Part shown: piece after piece, positions 59,292-64,000 of the stretch
Layout: each line of letters starts with the position of its first letter
Position numbering within the stretch: the stretch's first letter is position 1
DNA from: Nitrospira sp. UW-LDO-01
Lineage (GTDB): Bacteria; Nitrospirota; Nitrospiria; Nitrospirales; Nitrospiraceae
Direction: 5' to 3'
NCBI GenBank assembly: GCA_002254365.1
Contig: NIUT01000134.1
Coordinates: 3,252 to 67,251 of the forward strand
Length of the DNA stretch: 64,000 nucleotides
The notes under the pieces: model-generated
What the model was told of the DNA's origin: nothing
Database searches by the model: none
The model's input: only the letters and a program-made list of their open reading frames with translations
Program-made: the position numbers and the translations under genes

Positions 59292-59975
59292 ATGAGGGCG
59301 GTATGTCTGCAGCACGTTCCCTTTGAAGGTCCTGGTGCCTTTGCGAAGGCCCTGACCAAGCGAGGGGTCAGTCTCGAATCGCACCTTGTTCCAAAAGATG
59401 GACTCCCGAAAGATGCAGGTGATCTCCTGATCGTCATGGGAGGGCCGATGTCGGTCAACGATCCTGATCCATGGATTCCGGAAGAAACCATGTTCATTCG
59501 GTCTGTGCTTCTGGCCAATAAGCCGGTGATTGGCGTGTGCCTTGGGAGTCAATTCATGGCCAAGGCGCTTGGTGGCACAGTACGATCGGGTACGGCGCTC
59601 GAAATCGGCATGACATCGGTTCGCCTCACTGATGCGGGGAAAGCAGACCCTGTGTTTGGGGCTTGCCCGAATGCGTTCGACGTGTTCGAGTGGCACGGAG
59701 AGATCTTTGACTTGCCGAGCAATTGTGCGCCATTGGTCGGTTCCGACATTGCGCCGTTGCAGGCATTTCGGTATGGCGGCCTGGCCTATGGCCTTCTTTT
59801 CCATTTGGAAATGGAGGCGAATGGGATTGATTCTCTGTGCCGTGAATGTGCGCCAGATGTGACGAAAGCGGGCCTCATCGCGCAACAGGTGAAGGCAATG
59901 GCCTTGCCCCAGCTTCCGCAACTTCACTCCATGGCTGATCGGCTGATTGGCCACCTGCTGACTCGTACGCATTGA
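59292..59975 (+). CDS. Type 1 glutamine amidotransferase (GMP-synthase-like)
   Basis: QHVPFEGPG, VMGGPMSV, GVCLGSQ, EWHGE, FHLE. Confidence 0.9.
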   Translation: MRAVCLQHVPFEGPGAFAKALTKRGVSLESHLVPKDGLPKDAGDLLIVMGGPMSVNDPDPWIPEETMFIRSVLLANKPVIGVCLGSQFMAKALGGTVRSGTALEIGMTSVRLTDAGKADPVFGACPNAFDVFEWHGEIFDLPSNCAPLVGSDIAPLQAFRYGGLAYGLLFHLEMEANGIDSLCRECAPDVTKAGLIAQQVKAMALPQLPQLHSMADRLIGHLLTRTH

Positions 59976-60091
59976 TTGCGGCCGCTGCTCTGAAGTACTC
60001 TACACAACCTTGAAGGCGTCAGCCCTGAGAGCACTTCGGTGAGCCGATGGCTGAAGGCTGGGTGTTATTCATGAAAGGAGCTTGTTCGACC

Positions 60092-61267
60092 ATGGGTGGT
60101 TTTCCGATCGAAGTCGCAACACGTATCAAGACATTGCCGCCCTATTTATTCGCGGCGATCGATAAGATGAAGCAAGAGGCGATTGCACGAGGGGTAGATA
60201 TTATCAACCTCGGGATCGGCGATCCCGATTTGCCGACGCCGATGCCGATCATCGAAAGCCTCGCGAAGGCCGCTAAAGATCCCAAGCATCATCAATACCC
60301 TTCCTATGAAGGCATGCTATCGTTTCGAAAAGCCGTCGCAGGTTGGTACAAGCGCCGTTTCAACGTCACGTTGGATCCAGCCAACGAAGTGCTGACTCTG
60401 ATCGGCTCGAAGGAAGGCATCGGCCACATTCATTTGGCCTTTGTCGATCCTGGAGATATTGTCTTGGTTCCAAGCCCCGGCTATCCGGTCTATCCGGTAG
60501 GGACGAGCTTCTGCGGGGGTCAGTCTCACATCATGCCGCTGACCAAGGCCAACGGTTTCCTCCCGGACCTCACGGCGATCCCAAAGGATGTGGCAAAGAA
60601 GGCCAAGCTGATGTGGCTCAACTCACCAAACAATCCGACATCCGTCATCATGACGAAGGACTATTTCAAGCGGGTCGTGGACTTTGCGCAGCAGCATCAA
60701 GTGATTGTGTGTCACGACGCGGCCTATTCCGAGATCTACTATGACGGGCAACGGCCTACGAGTTTTATGGAAGTCGATGGCGCCAAGGATGTTGGAGTCG
60801 AATTCCACTCACTCTCGAAGACCTATAATATGACGGGATGGCGCCTCGGCTTTGTCGTGGGCAACAAGGATGTCTTGGGTGGCCTTGGTAAGGTGAAGAG
60901 CAATCTGGACTCGGGTTGTTTTGAGGCGGTTCAAGAGGCGGGGATTACGGCGCTCGGTCTCGACGATGCTGTGACGGATGATCTGAGAAAGACGTATCAA
61001 GACCGGCGGGACACACTGGTCCCCGGTCTGAAGCAACTCGGCCTGGAAGTTGATCCTCCTCCCGCGGCATTCTATGTCTGGGTGACGGTCCCCAAGGGCT
61101 ATACATCCGCGTCGTTTACCGCACACCTATTAGAAAAGGCCGGGATCGTGACGACGCCGGGCAACGGCTTCGGCGCACCGGGTGAAGGCTATGTCCGCAT
61201 GACTGTCTGCACGACCAAAGAGCGGTTAGCTGAAGCAGTTGAGCGAATCAAGAAGGTAGGATTCTGA
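60092..61267 (+). CDS. dapL: LL-diaminopimelate aminotransferase (class I/II PLP)
   Basis: LPPYLF, LGIGDPD, GSKEGI, PNNPT, DAAYSE, HSLSKTYNMTGWR. Confidence 0.85.
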   Translation: MGGFPIEVATRIKTLPPYLFAAIDKMKQEAIARGVDIINLGIGDPDLPTPMPIIESLAKAAKDPKHHQYPSYEGMLSFRKAVAGWYKRRFNVTLDPANEVLTLIGSKEGIGHIHLAFVDPGDIVLVPSPGYPVYPVGTSFCGGQSHIMPLTKANGFLPDLTAIPKDVAKKAKLMWLNSPNNPTSVIMTKDYFKRVVDFAQQHQVIVCHDAAYSEIYYDGQRPTSFMEVDGAKDVGVEFHSLSKTYNMTGWRLGFVVGNKDVLGGLGKVKSNLDSGCFEAVQEAGITALGLDDAVTDDLRKTYQDRRDTLVPGLKQLGLEVDPPPAAFYVWVTVPKGYTSASFTAHLLEKAGIVTTPGNGFGAPGEGYVRMTVCTTKERLAEAVERIKKVGF

Positions 61268-61270
61268 AAC

Positions 61271-61339
61271 GGTGAACAGTCAGGGGTGAAAGGGAAATAC
61301 CAAAAGCGGTCCCTTCACTCCTTACCCCTCACGCCTAAC
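61271..61339. repeat. Heptamer-built imperfect intergenic palindrome
   Basis: GGTGAAC-AGTCAGG-GGTGAAA ... CCTTCAC-TCCTTAC-CCCTCAC-GCCTAAC. Confidence 0.6.
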
Positions 61340-61345
61340 TGATTT

Positions 61346-61897
61346 ATGGAGACGGTCTTCATCGGATTCGGATCGAATGTCGGAGATCGGGTGGACTATT
61401 GCGATCGAGCGGTGACGCTGCTCAGTCTTCTGCCTCATTCTCGATTGCGGGGCGTGTCCTTGCTCTATGAGACGGAACCGGTGCGTGACCGGACCGATCC
61501 AGGGCAGGGCTGGTTTTTAAATGGAGTGGTGCAGCTAGAAACGGATATTAAGCCACGTAGCCTTCTCACGACGCTGCAGGAGATCGAACGCGCGCTCGGG
61601 AGGGACGATGATGATCGATCGGGGCCTCGCACGATCGATCTTGACATCCTCTTTTACGGCGAGTGCGTCATCAAAGAACCAGGGTTGACTATTCCTCATC
61701 CTCGGCTCCATCAACGTCGATTTGTTCTCATGCCGATGAACGAGCTGGATCCGCAGTGGGTCCATCCTACGTTCAAGCGATCAGTGGCACACCTCTTGAC
61801 GGAAGTCTCAGACGAGTCTCATGCCCAACTCTTGTTCCCTCAGCCTTCCACCAGATACGGGTCGCGCCCGACCTGTCACGTCCCTCCCGGTTCATGA
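61346..61897 (+). CDS. folK: 2-amino-4-hydroxy-6-hydroxymethyldihydropteridine diphosphokinase
   Basis: IGFGSNVGDR, YETEP, FLNGV, GPRTIDLDIL, PHPRLHQRRFVL. Confidence 0.95.
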   Translation: METVFIGFGSNVGDRVDYCDRAVTLLSLLPHSRLRGVSLLYETEPVRDRTDPGQGWFLNGVVQLETDIKPRSLLTTLQEIERALGRDDDDRSGPRTIDLDILFYGECVIKEPGLTIPHPRLHQRRFVLMPMNELDPQWVHPTFKRSVAHLLTEVSDESHAQLLFPQPSTRYGSRPTCHVPPGS

Positions 61898-62754
61898 AGA
61901 TCATTCGCTCACCCGCAGCCATGACCGCCTGGAGTGAAGCGCTCAGGCGCGAAGGTGTCACGATCGGGTTTGTCCCGACGATGGGTGCGCTGCATGAGGG
62001 GCATCGAACATTGATTCGTGAGGCACGGCTACGATGCGACGCGCTCGTGGTGAGTATCTTCGTGAATCCGACACAGTTTGGTCCTCGAGAGGATCTGGCC
62101 AAGTATCCCCGCCCCATTTCGCACGACCGAGCGATCTGTCGACAGGAGGGCGTTGATGTCTGCTTCGAGCCAACCGTAGAGGCCATGTACCCAACTGGCT
62201 TTCAAACGACGGTGACGGTTCCGGCAATCGCCCGTCGATGGGAAGGTGAGGCCCGCCCGCATCATTTCGCCGGCGTTGCAACCGTCGTCACCAAACTGTT
62301 TGGAATCGTTCGACCACATCAGGCACTGTTTGGACAAAAGGACTTTCAGCAATCCGTACTGGTTCAGCGGCTGGTGAAGGATCTCAATCTCGGTGTTGAT
62401 ATTGCGGTCCGTCCGACCGTGCGGGAGCATGATGGGCTGGCCATGAGTTCCCGCAATGTCTACCTCTCACCGGATGAACGAAGTCGAGCTGTGACGCTGT
62501 ACAAGAGTCTTCAAGCTGGTGCCGAAGTGATCAGAGCAGGGGGCAAGGACGCAAAGACCGTCGGGTTGGCAATGGCGCAGGTTATCAGCCAGGAATCAAC
62601 CATCACGACCGACTATCTCACGGTGTGTGACCCTTGCACACTCGAGCCTGTATCTTCCGTGACCTCTCGAGTGGTACTGCTTGGTGCCGTACGTCTTGGC
62701 TCTGTCCGCTTGATCGATAACCTCCTGGTCAGTACTCCTCGCCGAGCTTCTTAG
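61894..62754 (+). CDS. panC: Pantoate--beta-alanine ligase
   Basis: FVPTMGALHEGH, SIFVNPTQF, FGQKDFQQ, GLAMSSRN, RLIDN; ATGA overlap with folK. Confidence 0.96.
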   Translation: MKIIRSPAAMTAWSEALRREGVTIGFVPTMGALHEGHRTLIREARLRCDALVVSIFVNPTQFGPREDLAKYPRPISHDRAICRQEGVDVCFEPTVEAMYPTGFQTTVTVPAIARRWEGEARPHHFAGVATVVTKLFGIVRPHQALFGQKDFQQSVLVQRLVKDLNLGVDIAVRPTVREHDGLAMSSRNVYLSPDERSRAVTLYKSLQAGAEVIRAGGKDAKTVGLAMAQVISQESTITTDYLTVCDPCTLEPVSSVTSRVVLLGAVRLGSVRLIDNLLVSTPRRAS

Positions 62755-62895
62755 GCGATACCCTACGTAGCAATTCATCGATCTTCGTATGTGCTGGAAA
62801 GATCCGGGTGATGGGGGCTCCCGGGGTTCTCCCATTGGTCGATCGGAAAGTCCCAAACGGATCGCCTGAACCGTCTCTTCCTCTGGGAATCGTTG

Positions 62896-63408
62896 TTATG
62901 TGAAAAGGTTCTGATGAAGGCTCTGTCCCACGAGCAGGCTGAGGATCACTTGACTGAGGCGGTTCTTATCATCCGTCACCATCTCCATGAATCGAATGCC
63001 CATCGATTCTGGCCGGGATGAGCAGACCACGGCCGTCCCGATCTTAATCGGTTCCTCGTCGGAGGCCGGTTTGATCACAAGCTCGACGAACGTACCCTGC
63101 GGGAGGGTCCTTGTGGTTTCGAGGGTGCAGCCACCCATGGAGATATCCGTCACCCGATTATCGATCCGGACTGCGTTGTCCGCGAGTAGATTGGCACGAA
63201 GCGACACCGGAAGGCGTTCATATTGACGGCGATCGGTAGGGGAGGTCGCAGCCTGGTCCTGATTGCTGAAGGCGCGAAAGTGTGTCGTGCACAGCTGGCA
63301 TCGGAATGGAAAGTATTTCAAGCGAGTGAGGAACCGCCCTATGGCACCTTCGTCGGGGATCACTCGAACGAAGGGTGTTCCGCAATTCGGACAGTGTAGA
63401 TCTTTCAT
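62896..63408 (-). CDS. Zn-ribbon + PilZ domain protein
   Basis: CPNCG...CQLC; RRQYER (RxxxR) and DISMGG (DxSxxG) c-di-GMP motifs. Confidence 0.85.
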   Translation of the reverse strand: MKDLHCPNCGTPFVRVIPDEGAIGRFLTRLKYFPFRCQLCTTHFRAFSNQDQAATSPTDRRQYERLPVSLRANLLADNAVRIDNRVTDISMGGCTLETTRTLPQGTFVELVIKPASDEEPIKIGTAVVCSSRPESMGIRFMEMVTDDKNRLSQVILSLLVGQSLHQNLFT

Positions 63409-63839
63409 GAACTCCAAGGAGCACCGGCAGCAGCTTCATGATCACATGGCTGCTCCGCCGCCGCGTGCTCCTGCTGTGCCTCAAGAATTGACACGATATC
63501 AGCGGGTGAGTAGGTGGGGGGCTTCACCCATTTCCCATCCGCCCGCTTGTATCCACCGACTTTACTGAGATTCGACCGATGCACTTCCTGGAAGACCGGT
63601 TCCATATCAATTCCATATGACACAGCGGTGCCGTAGGTCACATAGAGCAGGTCCGCCATTTCTTTCGCCACGGCAGCCAGGTCTCCAGTCGCCATGGCCT
63701 CTTTCAATTCGTCGAATTCTTCCTGAATCAGTCGGACTCGAAGGCGCTTCGTGTCCTCATTCACATTCGTTGGGGCGGTCTGTATCAAAATCTCAAACTT
63801 GCTGTGAAATGCTTCCACCATGGCCTGTTCGCTGGTCAT
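63405..63839 (-). CDS. MazG-like all-alpha NTP pyrophosphatase (PRA-PH/YvdC type)
   Basis: LIQEEFDEL, KEMADLLYV, VHRSNLSK, DGKWVKP. Confidence 0.85.
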   Translation of the reverse strand: MTSEQAMVEAFHSKFEILIQTAPTNVNEDTKRLRVRLIQEEFDELKEAMATGDLAAVAKEMADLLYVTYGTAVSYGIDMEPVFQEVHRSNLSKVGGYKRADGKWVKPPTYSPADIVSILEAQQEHAAAEQPCDHEAAAGAPWSS

Positions 63840-64000
63840 TGTGCTCCTTCATTCCATCTCTAGCGGTAACGTTTTCCGTGGCACCACTTCCGTCGGTTCA
63901 AGGACGGGGATCTCGCGATCGGAGGAGACACCCAATTCTTTAAATCTGCGTGCTGCCGGGAGAATGCGTGTTTCTAATGAACCAATGGCTCGATTGTAGG

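Noticed and set aside
59265-59972. 235-aa minus-strand ORF
   Set aside because: Antisense to the clearly motif-bearing glutamine amidotransferase
62755-62895. GAAA-loop stems as a c-di-GMP riboswitch near the PilZ gene
   Set aside because: Region is 3' of both convergent genes and lacks the GEMM consensus

Overview
Bacterial chromosome segment, most likely from a Nitrospira-like (Nitrospirota) organism. This is inferred from gene content, an F1-only atpHAGDC operon and the style of the hypothetical proteins, not from a database search. Most of it is housekeeping: ATP synthase F1, rluD, a Zn/Mn ABC importer, anmK, rsmA, pdxA, larB/larC, gpsA, truD, an ABC-2 exporter, dapL, folK and panC. Accessory parts include: (i) a ZorA/ZorB-like proton-motor pair with no Zorya effector genes beside it (17.3-19.3 kb); (ii) a split ArgZ/AgrE-like arginine-to-ammonia gene pair (27.9-29.9 kb); (iii) a USP-ABC1 kinase fusion and a SAM-cyclase-STAND-TPR gene followed by an MBL hydrolase (32.8-39.4 kb); (iv) an almost entirely minus-strand island (44.8-52.4 kb) with a heme peroxidase, an AlkD-like gene, a TauE gene, a HEPN protein, two degenerate attC-like sites and four antitoxin-family genes that all lack their toxins. 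Non-coding structure includes two 122-bp copies of a MITE, four heptamer-built intergenic palindromes, a 177-bp-period junction duplication that creates a chimeric 58-aa ORF, and sigma-54-type promoters. No rRNA, tRNA, CRISPR array, integrase or transposase was seen. Family assignments come from motif recognition by eye.
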